From NCBI GenBank assembly GCA_050014195.1, contig JBEKDT010000014.1:64001-128000 (forward strand): a DNA stretch of 64,000 nt, given 5' to 3'. The notes under the pieces are model-generated. The model did no database searches, was not told the origin of the DNA, and saw only the letters and a program-made list of their open reading frames with translations. The translations under genes and the position numbers were made by a program. This DNA is from Desulfomonilia bacterium. GTDB taxonomy: Bacteria; Desulfobacterota; Desulfomonilia; UBA1062. This document shows positions 11,054 to 20,917 of this stretch, one piece after another. Each line of letters opens with the position of its first letter. Within the stretch, counting starts at the first letter, position 1.

Positions 11054-11297
11054 GATGTTACCGCCTTTAGCAGATTATTTGAGGTGCTCTTAACATATCA
11101 GTATGGGCAGAAAGTCGCAACCGCACGGCAATAGCCTTCTCTCAAGGTTTCAACCGGTAATTAAGAGCATTCTCATGTCGAGATTTCCGCTTCTGCTCAT
11201 ATTTAGCTCTCTTTTTACACTCCATCATTGAATGCATCCAGCACAACATCTATACGCTCATACTTCTACGCTGTGGCAGATAGTGGTAGATAGTAAA

Positions 11298-11537
11298 TTA
11301 TTTTTCTTTTTGAATAGCCTTCAACCTGAGTAGATCAATATCGGTCATCGGCTGGTACTTATTAATCATATCACCGAGCGCCTCATTTACGAGAAGAGAA
11401 AGCTCTTTCCCTGTTAAAGCTGAAAGAACCGTAAGGGCTTTCGTATACCGTTCATCGATATAGTAATTTCTCTTAATGATTTTGAAATTCTTATCACCAT
11501 TTATAAAATTAATCGGCTTTCTTCCTCTTTTTGCCAT
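11298..11537 (-). CDS. small hypothetical protein, possibly ribbon-helix-helix DNA-binding
   Basis: 79 aa, GAGG RBS; KRNYYIDE...ALTVLSALTGKELSLLVNEAL resembles a beta-alpha-alpha RHH pattern. Confidence 0.5.
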   Translation of the reverse strand: MAKRGRKPINFINGDKNFKIIKRNYYIDERYTKALTVLSALTGKELSLLVNEALGDMINKYQPMTDIDLLRLKAIQKEK

Positions 11538-11713
11538 TAAGTTATCCTCTCAATACAAACGTCAAATATTTCGATTTTAGTTTTCTCCTCAATTTTTTGT
11601 AGAGACGATTGAGAAAAGAAATAGTTTACTTGGATAGAAATATAATTTTCAAGACTTTGATATTAAGCAACATTGTTATTCTTAAAAACTCCCCATTATC
11701 TTTATGGGATAAA

Positions 11714-12760
11714 TTAAGATACCAAAATCAAGACGCGATTGAGGATAAACGATAGCAGATATGACAGTCCTGCCGATGCAGGTATGGTGATAAGCCATGT
11801 GAGCAGGATGTCTTTGGCAAGACCCCACCGGATTATACCCATACGCTGGGCTGCCCCGCCTCCAACAATGCCCGATGATGCAACGTGCGTGGTGCTTACC
11901 GGAAAACCGAAGACCGAGCAGAGGAATACGACCAGAGCTGTCGAGAACATGGCGCCGAATCCATGGATAGGTTTGATCTTGAAGAGCTTCATACCCATAG
12001 TTCTTATGATACGCTTGCCGCCGGACAGCATGCCCAGTGACAAGGCGAACGAGCAGGCAAGGATAACCCATGTCGGGACTACAAAGAGTCCACCGGGCCC
12101 CGGGGTATAGAGCATTGCCATGGCTGTAGGATCGTGACGGTAGAGGACGAGCAGGCTCAAGGTTATGAGCCCCATGGCCTTCTGGGCATCATTGGTCCCA
12201 TGAGAGATGGCAAGCATGGCTGCGGAGAAGATCTGGAGCCTCTTGAGAATGCTTGAGGCCACCACCGGATGCATATGCCGTAATAGGCGGAAGTTCAACC
12301 TGGTGAGATTAAAGGCGCTTATAAAGCCAAGCAGTGGCGAAATCAGAATCACACCGAATATAACAAGCACACTTTTCCACTCAATGGAATTAAGCCCTGA
12401 GGTCTGGAGTGCAGCACCCATAAGCCCCCCGATAACGGCATGGGATGAGGACGATGGCAGCCCGATGACCCAGGTGAGAATGTTCCAGGCGGTAGCGGCG
12501 GCGATGGCTGCAATGATACCCCCGATGGTCATGGCGTCGATGCTGACGATTCCCTGTCCGATTGTTTTTGCTACGGCCGTACCCAAAATAAGCGATCCGA
12601 AAAATACGAGCAGCGCAGTCATGATCAGGGCGTTTCGTATGTTCATTGACCTGGATGATACAATGGTTGTTACGATATTCGATGCGTCGTGAAATCCGTT
12701 GCTGAAGTTGAAGAACAAACCCAACGCAATTACAATATATGCCACGTGAATAATATCCAT
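11714..12760 (-). CDS. inorganic phosphate transporter (PiT family)
   Basis: NGFHDASN, GLPSSSSHA, HGTNDAQK, PVSTTH signatures. Confidence 0.95.
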   Translation of the reverse strand: MDIIHVAYIVIALGLFFNFSNGFHDASNIVTTIVSSRSMNIRNALIMTALLVFFGSLILGTAVAKTIGQGIVSIDAMTIGGIIAAIAAATAWNILTWVIGLPSSSSHAVIGGLMGAALQTSGLNSIEWKSVLVIFGVILISPLLGFISAFNLTRLNFRLLRHMHPVVASSILKRLQIFSAAMLAISHGTNDAQKAMGLITLSLLVLYRHDPTAMAMLYTPGPGGLFVVPTWVILACSFALSLGMLSGGKRIIRTMGMKLFKIKPIHGFGAMFSTALVVFLCSVFGFPVSTTHVASSGIVGGGAAQRMGIIRWGLAKDILLTWLITIPASAGLSYLLSFILNRVLILVS

Positions 12761-12909
12761 GCAGGCATGATAACCGAAAATAGCACGAGAATGCTACCCC
12801 TCAACACAGCGGTTCCCATGTATGATCGGGGATTTAAGAATAATGAGGGTTTACGCCGATAGTATGATTCGGATGATGAGATCTTTTGCGTACACAATCA
12901 GGAGACTAG

Positions 12910-14457
12910 ATGGCAGATAAACAGAGGATGGGCGAGGTTCTGGTGGAGTTGGGCCTCATCGATGAGCACAGGCTCAGGCATGCCCTCGATGTCTCTATAA
13001 AGGAAAGGGTGAAGCTGGGGGAGACACTTATCCGCCTTGGATATCTCAGTGAAGACCAGGTCCTTGATATTCTGAAAAACTTAACCGGTATCGTAACCCT
13101 GAACATGAGGGAATGGACTATAAAAAAGCATGTACAGGTAATGCTTGCCCCTGAGCGCATGAAGGAAATGAAAGTTATCCCTTTGGATGCAAATAACAAG
13201 AGGGCTACCGTGGCCTTAGCCGATCCTTTGAACTACGTCGCAGTCGAGAGCATCAAATTACTCATCAAGAGAGATGTTACCCCGGTGCTTGCCTCATCAG
13301 CACAGATAAATGACATCCTGAACCACCTCGATAATGTCGGATACGGCATAAAAAATCTTCAGCTTAACGAAGTCAGGCGCAGTGTAATGAGTATGACCTC
13401 TCTGGATGTGAACGCCTCGGCGGTACTCAAGCTCCTGGATGAACCAGGTTGTACGGGTCTCCATCTCTCAATAGGCGCAACGCCTGCCATACGGATGGGA
13501 GGTCATTTTAAACGGTGGAATCTCCCCATTATCACACAGATGGTTATGGAGAAGATCCTGAAGGAGATCTTATCAGAACATGATTTGGAGATTCTCAAGG
13601 ATAAGAAAGAGGTCGAATGCACGTATATTAAACCCGGGCATGGAAGATATCGCCTGAACATCTATCTCCAGAAAGGCGGGGAGGTCACCATCGCAGCGAA
13701 GAAGCTTGTGGAGGTGATCCCTTCTGCGGCATCGCTGGGCATTCCCTCGATGCTCACCTCTTTACTTGACAGACGCGGGCTTCTACTCGTAAGCAGCGCC
13801 AGGGGGCAGGGCAAGGATACGACCATAGCCGCCTTGATACATTATATAAACAGCACACAGAGCTGCAACATCATCACCCTTGAGGATCCCATCGAATATA
13901 TTCATCATCACAAACTCTCGAACGTGAATCAGCGGGAGATCGGCCATGACACCCATAAGGACTTGCAAGAGGTCTTTGAGAAGGTTATCAAGCTCGACCC
14001 TGATGTGCTTGTAATCACAAACCTTAAAGACGCATTCATGATGGATACCGCGGTGCTTGCAGCGCACAAGGGCATCCTTGTAATTGCAGGCATGAATGAG
14101 CTGGATGTCTTCAGCGCCATAGAGCAGTTTCTCTCTTCGCTTTCAAGTGATTACATGAGGGGACTTTTTTCGCGCTCCATCCTGGCTGCATTCTCCCAGA
14201 GACTTATGTTCTCGAAATTGTCCAGGAAGATGATTCTTGCCTGGGAAGGACTTCTGGCCACGCACAGGATACAAAAATACATCAGAGACGATAAGGTCTA
14301 TTACATCAAAGGCCAGGCACCTTCCTTGCGGGGAGAGTATTTCCCGGTCGAAGAAAGCATAGCTGAAGCCATCAAAAACAAACGGATCGATTATGAATCG
14401 GTGCAGGATGAACCATGGGTCCACCAAGATACCTTGAAGGTCCTTCTGGAGCCGTGA
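12910..14457 (+). CDS. MshEN/GSPII_N domain fused to a degenerate PilT/PilU-like ATPase
   Basis: N-terminal RMGEVLVELGLI...KLGETLIRLGYL; PilT core ITLEDPIEYIH...VNQREIG; degenerate Walker A and B. Confidence 0.8.
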   Translation: MADKQRMGEVLVELGLIDEHRLRHALDVSIKERVKLGETLIRLGYLSEDQVLDILKNLTGIVTLNMREWTIKKHVQVMLAPERMKEMKVIPLDANNKRATVALADPLNYVAVESIKLLIKRDVTPVLASSAQINDILNHLDNVGYGIKNLQLNEVRRSVMSMTSLDVNASAVLKLLDEPGCTGLHLSIGATPAIRMGGHFKRWNLPIITQMVMEKILKEILSEHDLEILKDKKEVECTYIKPGHGRYRLNIYLQKGGEVTIAAKKLVEVIPSAASLGIPSMLTSLLDRRGLLLVSSARGQGKDTTIAALIHYINSTQSCNIITLEDPIEYIHHHKLSNVNQREIGHDTHKDLQEVFEKVIKLDPDVLVITNLKDAFMMDTAVLAAHKGILVIAGMNELDVFSAIEQFLSSLSSDYMRGLFSRSILAAFSQRLMFSKLSRKMILAWEGLLATHRIQKYIRDDKVYYIKGQAPSLRGEYFPVEESIAEAIKNKRIDYESVQDEPWVHQDTLKVLLEP

Positions 14458-14608
14458 TACAAACAATGTTGCCTCTCGTTTTTTCATGAACGAGGAGTCA
14501 TTCAGTACAACTTTTTGCTTGCATAGACACTCCCGATAGTGTATTAAATGAATCATGATTCAGAATAATTATCTGAATTCATGAATAAAAAACTCTAAGG
14601 AGTGTGCG

Positions 14609-14977
14609 ATGAGCAGATTAATGACCTTGGTATTTGTTGCTATGATGACTTTAGCTGTATCCGGTATCGCATTTGCCGCTGATGCAGCACAGGCACAACC
14701 GATGTTTGTCGATTGGGCGAAAGTGATCTTTGTTGCTGCATCAATCATTGCAGCAGGTCTCTGCATGGGTATCGGTGCAACCGGAGCCGGTTCAGGAATG
14801 GGTGCTGCATTGGCGGGTGCAACCGAGGCAGTCGGCCGCAATCCTGATGCCCAGGGCAAGATCATGCTCACCCTCATGGTCGGTCTTGCTATGATCGAGT
14901 CCATCGCCATCTACGCACTGGTTATTTCGCTCATCATCCTGTACGCCAATCCGTTCAAGGCCGTTATTCTCGGATAG
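14609..14977 (+). CDS. atpE: F0F1 ATP synthase subunit c
   Basis: GAGSGMG glycine motif, RNP loop, MIESIAIY carboxylate helix; signal-like N-terminal extension. Confidence 0.93.
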   Translation: MSRLMTLVFVAMMTLAVSGIAFAADAAQAQPMFVDWAKVIFVAASIIAAGLCMGIGATGAGSGMGAALAGATEAVGRNPDAQGKIMLTLMVGLAMIESIAIYALVISLIILYANPFKAVILG

Positions 14978-15159
14978 CCTGTGTTAGGATTGATGATCCC
15001 TTTACATGAATACAGGCAAATACGACTTGACCCGTTATCTTTATGGTATTTTACGGGTCGTCTATGCCGGGGGGTCGGACGGCGTTCATTGTGTGAACCG
15101 TGAGGTTTTAAGTGTTATCGAAACGTGAATGGTTCGTATAACACGGTCAGGAGATTGAT

Positions 15160-16455
15160 ATGGAGCAGGAAGCAAAAAAGAATTTCAGCTTTGCCAGTAT
15201 TGCCATAAGTTTCTTTATTCTCATTGTGCTTCCCCTTACCATTACCGGCGTAATCATCAGCAAGGGTGTTATTAAGGTGGGTGAGGAGGCAACGCAGGCA
15301 AACTTGCGAATTCTCGACGACAATCAGAAGCTATCCATTGCGGGCAGGGCCCAGAATGTTGCTGATGCTGTAGCCCAGTTTCTCACGGATCGGGAAAAGG
15401 ATATCAGAATAGCTACCATCCTTCCAAGGGACGATCAGTCGTACACCACATTTTTAAAATCCAATACCAGGGGTGTGATAGAGTCTTCCAATGTCGGGAT
15501 CGTGAAGATCCCCGTACCGGTCTATCGGGAGATTGCATTCCTTGACAAAAGCGGTAAAGAGACCATAAAGGTCACGGTCGACGGCGTGGTACCCAAGGAC
15601 AAGCTTAAGGATATGTCCAGTCCTGTTACTGGTGAATTTGGTGCCGAGGATTATTTCCAGAAGGCTAAACAGCTCGCACCGGGAGAAATCTACCTGGGGC
15701 CGGTCGTTGGATCCCATGTCACCAAGCAGGAGTATGACTCTGGCAAACAGTTCAATGGAATCATCAGGATGGCAGCCCCTGTCTTTGATTCCACCGGGTT
15801 TGCAGGTGTGGTGGAGCTTGCCTTGGATTTCAGGCATATCATGGAGTTCACGGATCATATCGTGCCCACTGAACCGGGTATGGTCTTCACCAAGGTAAAC
15901 GCGGATGATACGAACTATACATTCCTCGTAGGACGTGACGGCTCGATTCTTGCTCATCCGGAACAGTACCTTATCAGTGGGCTTGGGCCGGACAAGAAAC
16001 CCGTACCCACGATTGATGATAAGAATTACAATGAATTGATAAAGACCGGGGGCGGCGGCATGAATGTCCTCAATATGGGCTTCATGGATGAAAACCTCCC
16101 CAAGATTCATGCACTGGCCGTTTCCGGAAAGTCCGGATCATTTACCTATACGGTCGACAACAAGAGAATCTTCATAGCATACTCACACATCCCTTATTAT
16201 GGTTCTGTTTACAGCAAACCCGAGGGATTCGGCTGGGTAGGCATGATGATCGATATCGACAAGTACCACAAGCTGAGCGAGGATAAGGTTAAGGATATTC
16301 AACAGAAGGTTGAGCGGTGGCAGAAATCGAGCATCGTTGTGGTGTTCGTATCGCTCATTCTGTTGTTCATCATTGCATTGATCCTTGCACGTGGTCTGTA
16401 CCGGTCAATACAGAAACGCGATGGCGCGGCGCCCCTTGGAGATGATGAGGATTAG
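15160..16455 (+). CDS. membrane protein with periplasmic Cache-like sensor domain and no output domain
   Basis: Two TM helices flanking YFQKAK...IRMAAPVFD...YTFLVGRDGSILAHP; only about 20 cytoplasmic residues after TM2. Confidence 0.75.
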   Translation: MEQEAKKNFSFASIAISFFILIVLPLTITGVIISKGVIKVGEEATQANLRILDDNQKLSIAGRAQNVADAVAQFLTDREKDIRIATILPRDDQSYTTFLKSNTRGVIESSNVGIVKIPVPVYREIAFLDKSGKETIKVTVDGVVPKDKLKDMSSPVTGEFGAEDYFQKAKQLAPGEIYLGPVVGSHVTKQEYDSGKQFNGIIRMAAPVFDSTGFAGVVELALDFRHIMEFTDHIVPTEPGMVFTKVNADDTNYTFLVGRDGSILAHPEQYLISGLGPDKKPVPTIDDKNYNELIKTGGGGMNVLNMGFMDENLPKIHALAVSGKSGSFTYTVDNKRIFIAYSHIPYYGSVYSKPEGFGWVGMMIDIDKYHKLSEDKVKDIQQKVERWQKSSIVVVFVSLILLFIIALILARGLYRSIQKRDGAAPLGDDED

Positions 16456-16487
16456 GCGCATATAGCAATTAACATGAGTAAGAGAGC

Positions 16488-16541
16488 AGTTGCAGGAGGC
16501 GATGCTTGGGTGTCATCATCAGTCTCCTGCAACTTTTTTTT
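16488..16541 (+). terminator. intrinsic terminator
   Basis: AGTTGCAGGAG...CTCCTGCAACT stem followed by a T-run. Confidence 0.65.
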
Positions 16542-16592
16542 CGGGTAAGGAATAAAGGCTAGCTCTTTTGAGTTAGGGATAATGGAGGGATT

Positions 16593-17444
16593 ATGTCAGC
16601 CAAGATACTGGAGAAACAACAGTTATCCGAAAGCGTGTTCAAAATGGTTCTCGAAGGCCCGAAGATCGCTAAGAAACGGAAGGCCGGACAGTTCGTGGTC
16701 TTAAGGATACACGAAGAGGGAGAGCGGGTTCCTCTGACCATAGCCGATGCAGACCCGACGAAGGGGACGGTGACGATCATCTTCCAGGTAGTCGGCAAGT
16801 CAACAGGCCTCCTTGCAGACCTCAATGAGGGCGATGTGCTCATGGATCTCGTAGGACCTCTGGGCAAACCCACCCACATCGAGAAGATAGGGACTGTTGC
16901 CTGTATCGGCGGAGGTGTGGGGATCGCACCTGTCTACCCCATCACCCAGGCCATGAGAAATGCAGGCAACCACATCATATCCATCATCGGAGCCCGCACC
17001 AAGGACCTGATCATCATGGAAGACGAGATGAAGGCGGTGTCCGATGAATTCATCGTAGCCACCGACGACGGTTCTTACGGGTACAAGGGCTTCGTCAGTC
17101 AGGCCCTGGAGGATAAATACCTCATGCCCGGCAAGAAGATCGACATGGTGGTAGCCATTGGTCCCGTCCCCATGATGAGGTCGGTCTGCGATACCACCAA
17201 GAAATATAATGTACCTACTGTGGTATCACTGAATTCCATCATGGTCGATGCTACGGGGATGTGCGGTGCGTGCCGGGTAAGTGTAGGCGGCAAGACACAG
17301 TTCGTATGTGTCGACGGCCCCGAGTTCAACGGCCATCAGGTGGATTTCCGGCAGCTCATAGACAGGCAGAGGATTTACCTGACCGAAGAGAAGGAATGCT
17401 ACGATCACTACTGCTCATGCAGACTAGGGAAGGGAGGCAGGTAA
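16593..17444 (+). CDS. nfnA: NfnA/SudB-like small subunit of electron-bifurcating transhydrogenase
   Basis: GERVPLTIAD, GPLG, GGGVG, DATGMCGACRV...CVDGPEF; directly upstream of an NfnB-like gene. Confidence 0.88.
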   Translation: MSAKILEKQQLSESVFKMVLEGPKIAKKRKAGQFVVLRIHEEGERVPLTIADADPTKGTVTIIFQVVGKSTGLLADLNEGDVLMDLVGPLGKPTHIEKIGTVACIGGGVGIAPVYPITQAMRNAGNHIISIIGARTKDLIIMEDEMKAVSDEFIVATDDGSYGYKGFVSQALEDKYLMPGKKIDMVVAIGPVPMMRSVCDTTKKYNVPTVVSLNSIMVDATGMCGACRVSVGGKTQFVCVDGPEFNGHQVDFRQLIDRQRIYLTEEKECYDHYCSCRLGKGGR

Positions 17445-17445
17445 C

Positions 17446-18852
17446 GTGGAAATGAAAGACAGACTCAAGATCCTCCGTCAGCCGATGCCGGAGCAGGACC
17501 CAAAGGTTCGTGCGCGCAACTTTGATGAGGTCCCGCTGGGTTATACCCCCGATTTAGCCAAGACAGAGTCGCTTAGGTGCATCCAGTGCAAGAATCCCTC
17601 ATGTGTTGAGGGCTGTCCCGTAGAAGTCGATATCCCCGGTTTCATCTCGCTCGTCATGGATGGGGATTTCATAGGTGCGGCGAAAAAGATCAAAGGTACA
17701 AATGCATTGCCCGCTGTATGCGGCAGGGTATGTCCCCAGGAAGCCCAGTGTGAAAGCAAGTGCGTACGCGGCAAGAAGGGCGAGCCGGTTGCCATCGGCA
17801 GGCTCGAACGGTTCGTAGCGGACTACGAGCGGGCTGCCGGAGAGGTATCCATCCCCGCAAAGGCGACCCCGACCGGCAAGAAGGTGGCTGTTGTCGGTTC
17901 CGGACCTTCAGGTCTCACTGTTGCCGGCGATCTGGTTCAGCTCGGCCATGAGGTCACCATTTTCGAGGCCTTGCACAAGGCAGGAGGAGTTCTTGTCTAC
18001 GGCATCCCCGAGTTCAGGCTCCCCAAGGCCATCGTCGCCGCTGAGGTGGATTACCTCCGGAAGCTGGGGGTCAAGATCGAAACCTCGAGTGTCATAGGCA
18101 AGGTCTCAACCGTAGATGAGCTTTTCGAAGAAGGATATGACGCAGTATATCTCGGCACCGGCGCAGGCCTTCCTACATTCATGAACATTCCGGGAGAGAA
18201 TCTAAACGGTGTCTACTCCGCCAATGAGTATCTCACACGCTCGAACCTTATGAAGGCATATAAATTCCCGGAATACGATACCCCGATCGTCAAGGGCAAG
18301 AACGTCGCAGTCGTCGGCGGCGGGAATGTTGCCATGGACTCTGCGCGCACCGCCATGAGACTCGGTGCGGACCACGTCTACCTCATCTACCGCCGTTCCA
18401 GGGCGGAAATGCCTGCCAGGATCGAGGAGATCCACCATGCAGAGGAAGAGGGTATCGAGCTGCATCTCCTGACCAACCCCATCCGCTATATCGGCAATGA
18501 CAAGGGTTGGGTTGTTGGTGTAGAATGCCTGAAGATGGAATTGGGCGAGCCCGATGAATCAGGGAGGCGCAGGCCTGTACCCATGAAGGGCAGCGAATTC
18601 GTTATCGATATCGACACTGCGGTAATCGCCATCGGTGCAGGTGCGAACCCCCTGGTCCAGAGTACCACACCGGGCCTTAAGACGAACAAGTGGAACTATA
18701 TCGTTGCCGATGAAGAGACTGGACAGACGTCCCGAGAAGGTGTATTTGCAGGCGGCGACATCGTGACCGGTGCGGCCACCGTCATCCTGGCTATGGGTGC
18801 CGGGAGGAAGGCTGCCAAAGCAATTCACCAGTATTTGATGTCAAAGAAATAA
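17446..18852 (+). CDS. nfnB: NfnB/SudA-like large subunit (GltD-like, NADPH)
   Basis: RCIQCKNPSCVEGCPV, CGRVCPQEAQCE, GSGPSG, GGGNVAMD, YRR, AGGDIVTGAATVILAMG. Confidence 0.88.
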   Translation: MEMKDRLKILRQPMPEQDPKVRARNFDEVPLGYTPDLAKTESLRCIQCKNPSCVEGCPVEVDIPGFISLVMDGDFIGAAKKIKGTNALPAVCGRVCPQEAQCESKCVRGKKGEPVAIGRLERFVADYERAAGEVSIPAKATPTGKKVAVVGSGPSGLTVAGDLVQLGHEVTIFEALHKAGGVLVYGIPEFRLPKAIVAAEVDYLRKLGVKIETSSVIGKVSTVDELFEEGYDAVYLGTGAGLPTFMNIPGENLNGVYSANEYLTRSNLMKAYKFPEYDTPIVKGKNVAVVGGGNVAMDSARTAMRLGADHVYLIYRRSRAEMPARIEEIHHAEEEGIELHLLTNPIRYIGNDKGWVVGVECLKMELGEPDESGRRRPVPMKGSEFVIDIDTAVIAIGAGANPLVQSTTPGLKTNKWNYIVADEETGQTSREGVFAGGDIVTGAATVILAMGAGRKAAKAIHQYLMSKK

Positions 18853-18875
18853 ATGGAGCGAGAGAGGAGAGGGGA

Positions 18876-19244
18876 ATGACCCTTGCGGAGGTAAAAAAGA
18901 TCCTCAATGCTGATGTGATCGTAGGTGAGGACAAGCTTGATATGGAGGTTGAACGGGGTTTTGCCGCAGACCTCATGAGCGATGTGCTCGCCTTTGCAAA
19001 AGAGGGATCAATGCTCCTCACCGGCCTCACAAACCCCTTGGTGGTGCGTACCGCCGATACGCTGGACCTCAAGGTGATCATCTTCGTGCGGGGGAAACGC
19101 CCGGCTCCCGATGCGATCAAACTGGCCCAAGAAAAGAATATTCCCCTGCTCGCCACCCGATACATCCTGTTCGAATCATGCGGGAGGCTCTTCGAGGCGG
19201 GCATGCGCGGATCAGTCCAGAAGGTGGGAGAGTCGCAGGATTAG
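18876..19244 (+). CDS. DRTGG-domain protein
   Basis: ADLMSDVL...LLTGLTN...IIFVRGK pattern. Confidence 0.8.
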   Translation: MTLAEVKKILNADVIVGEDKLDMEVERGFAADLMSDVLAFAKEGSMLLTGLTNPLVVRTADTLDLKVIIFVRGKRPAPDAIKLAQEKNIPLLATRYILFESCGRLFEAGMRGSVQKVGESQD

Positions 19245-19379
19245 CGCCTCTCCCACCATGTTTATCCATACTGTTTTCTTCTTGTTACCCTCATATCTTT
19301 TCGTTTGGTTTATATGTTGCTCTTTACAAATTCAAGTTTAAGTTGGTATAAGTCGATAGGGTAGAGAAGAGGGAACACT

Positions 19380-19688
19380 ATGGCAGGGCCGACTGATATT
19401 TCTACCATACTTTCCCAGACCGGGAGGATTGAGAAGATCAATCAGAATCCCTTTGTCCAGTCTGAGGTCGCGCGGCAGATCCTCACTGAAGAAGAAGCAA
19501 AGGCAAGGCTGCGCAAGAACAAAGAGGTGGCTGAGTCAAAGAAGGCCCAGGAGATATCCGTGCGTGACAAGACAAAAGGGGACCGTGGAAGAGAAAATCC
19601 GAAGGAAAAAACAGCCGAAGCACAGACAACCTCTGAAGAGGACGAAAACTCCAAAGACGAGAAACATATCATCGATGTGGTGGTGTAG
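19380..19688 (+). CDS. hypothetical protein
   Basis: RBS; charged 102-aa protein ending HIIDVVV; first gene of a tight 4-gene operon. Confidence 0.65.
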   Translation: MAGPTDISTILSQTGRIEKINQNPFVQSEVARQILTEEEAKARLRKNKEVAESKKAQEISVRDKTKGDRGRENPKEKTAEAQTTSEEDENSKDEKHIIDVVV

Positions 19689-19690
19689 CA

Positions 19691-20131
19691 TTGCTGCTTC
19701 CTGTTGCTGATCCCATACGGCTCCTCCTCATAGCCCAACTCGTTATCCAGGTAATCCTGATCGCGTTCGTGGTATTCCTCCTTGTTCTCGAAAAACGCAG
19801 AAGGGTGAGGCCTGAGGCACTTGATGAGCTTAAGGCGGTTGTGAGACAGACCAAGGATCTTTCGGATACCTTCCATGGCAATGTGCAGCAGCGGGTTGAC
19901 CTCCTCACCAGGGTCATGAGTGAGTTCGACAGTAAGATTAAGAATGCCGAGATCCTCATAAAGGCCTTGGAAGAGACTGCTGTCAAGGTAAAAAAGGCAA
20001 GGCAATTCAATGCATCGGATGTCCAAAAGCTTCACAGGGGCGGCTTTGAAGCCCTTGAGATCTCCCAGATCACAGGGGTTCCGGTTGGTGAGATTCAGCT
20101 CATGATCAAGGTCGGCAACCCACAGGGCTGA
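19691..20131 (+). CDS. membrane-anchored coiled-coil protein with C-terminal HTH-like tail (DUF2802-like)
   Basis: N-terminal TM, coiled coil, EISQITGVPVGEIQLM tail. Confidence 0.6.
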   Translation: MLLPVADPIRLLLIAQLVIQVILIAFVVFLLVLEKRRRVRPEALDELKAVVRQTKDLSDTFHGNVQQRVDLLTRVMSEFDSKIKNAEILIKALEETAVKVKKARQFNASDVQKLHRGGFEALEISQITGVPVGEIQLMIKVGNPQG

Positions 20132-20143
20132 ATGTAAGGGATC

Positions 20144-20917
20144 ATGCAAATAATTCCTGCCCAAGTCACTGTCGGCGACATCACTATCCAGGGTAAGATC
20201 CAGGTTCCTTCTCTCGCCATTGGACGGCTGGTCGTGGCAACCGTGCTTTCCAGCCCGAAGGACGGCCTTGTCCTGGTCTCCATGTTCGGCCAGCGTCTCT
20301 TGGTGGAGACAAACCTTGATCTCATGGAGGGTCAGATTCTGAACCTGAGGGTACAGGCTACAAATCCCAAGGTGGTCATGAAGCCGATCGAGTCATTACC
20401 TGAGACCAAGACCGCCCTCAAGCTGATGGATAGCCTTGTAGCGCAGATTGCCGAAAAATTCGGAGATTCGGAGGTCCAGAACTTCGATGCAAAAGAGATC
20501 CTCAAGAAGTTCTTATCCGAATCGCCCAAAGATATGACGACTCTGCAGGCTGCTCTGAAATTTGTTGAAACTTTCTCTCAGCTTCCGCCCAACACTATTG
20601 CTTACCTCCTGATCCCTTTTGTCGACGAGAACTCTCGAGGCAAGGCTCAGGTGACAATAGAAAGGAATGGCCAGGATTACCGGCTCCATTTCGATGTAGA
20701 GACCGATGCCTTGGGCCTCATAGAAAGTACAGTCCTCAGGACCAACAGCGGTATAGCAGTTGAGATCTCTTCCGGTTTAAAGGATGTTGTGGACTTATTG
20801 AAGACACATTTGAAAGAGCTCGCCCAGAACCTTGAACCCTACGGGGTGACGGGCATAGAGATCGTACAGAAGAAACCGCAGGAAGATCAACGATCAGGGG
20901 TGGATGTGGTGGTATGA
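20144..20917 (+). CDS. FliK-like hypothetical protein
   Basis: C-terminal DVETDALGLI resembles the FliK_C motif; overlaps the downstream FlhB-like gene. Confidence 0.5.
   Translation: MQIIPAQVTVGDITIQGKIQVPSLAIGRLVVATVLSSPKDGLVLVSMFGQRLLVETNLDLMEGQILNLRVQATNPKVVMKPIESLPETKTALKLMDSLVAQIAEKFGDSEVQNFDAKEILKKFLSESPKDMTTLQAALKFVETFSQLPPNTIAYLLIPFVDENSRGKAQVTIERNGQDYRLHFDVETDALGLIESTVLRTNSGIAVEISSGLKDVVDLLKTHLKELAQNLEPYGVTGIEIVQKKPQEDQRSGVDVVV

Noticed and set aside
17446-18852. Glutamate synthase small subunit
   Set aside because: No gltB nearby; pairing with an NfnA-like gene indicates NfnAB.
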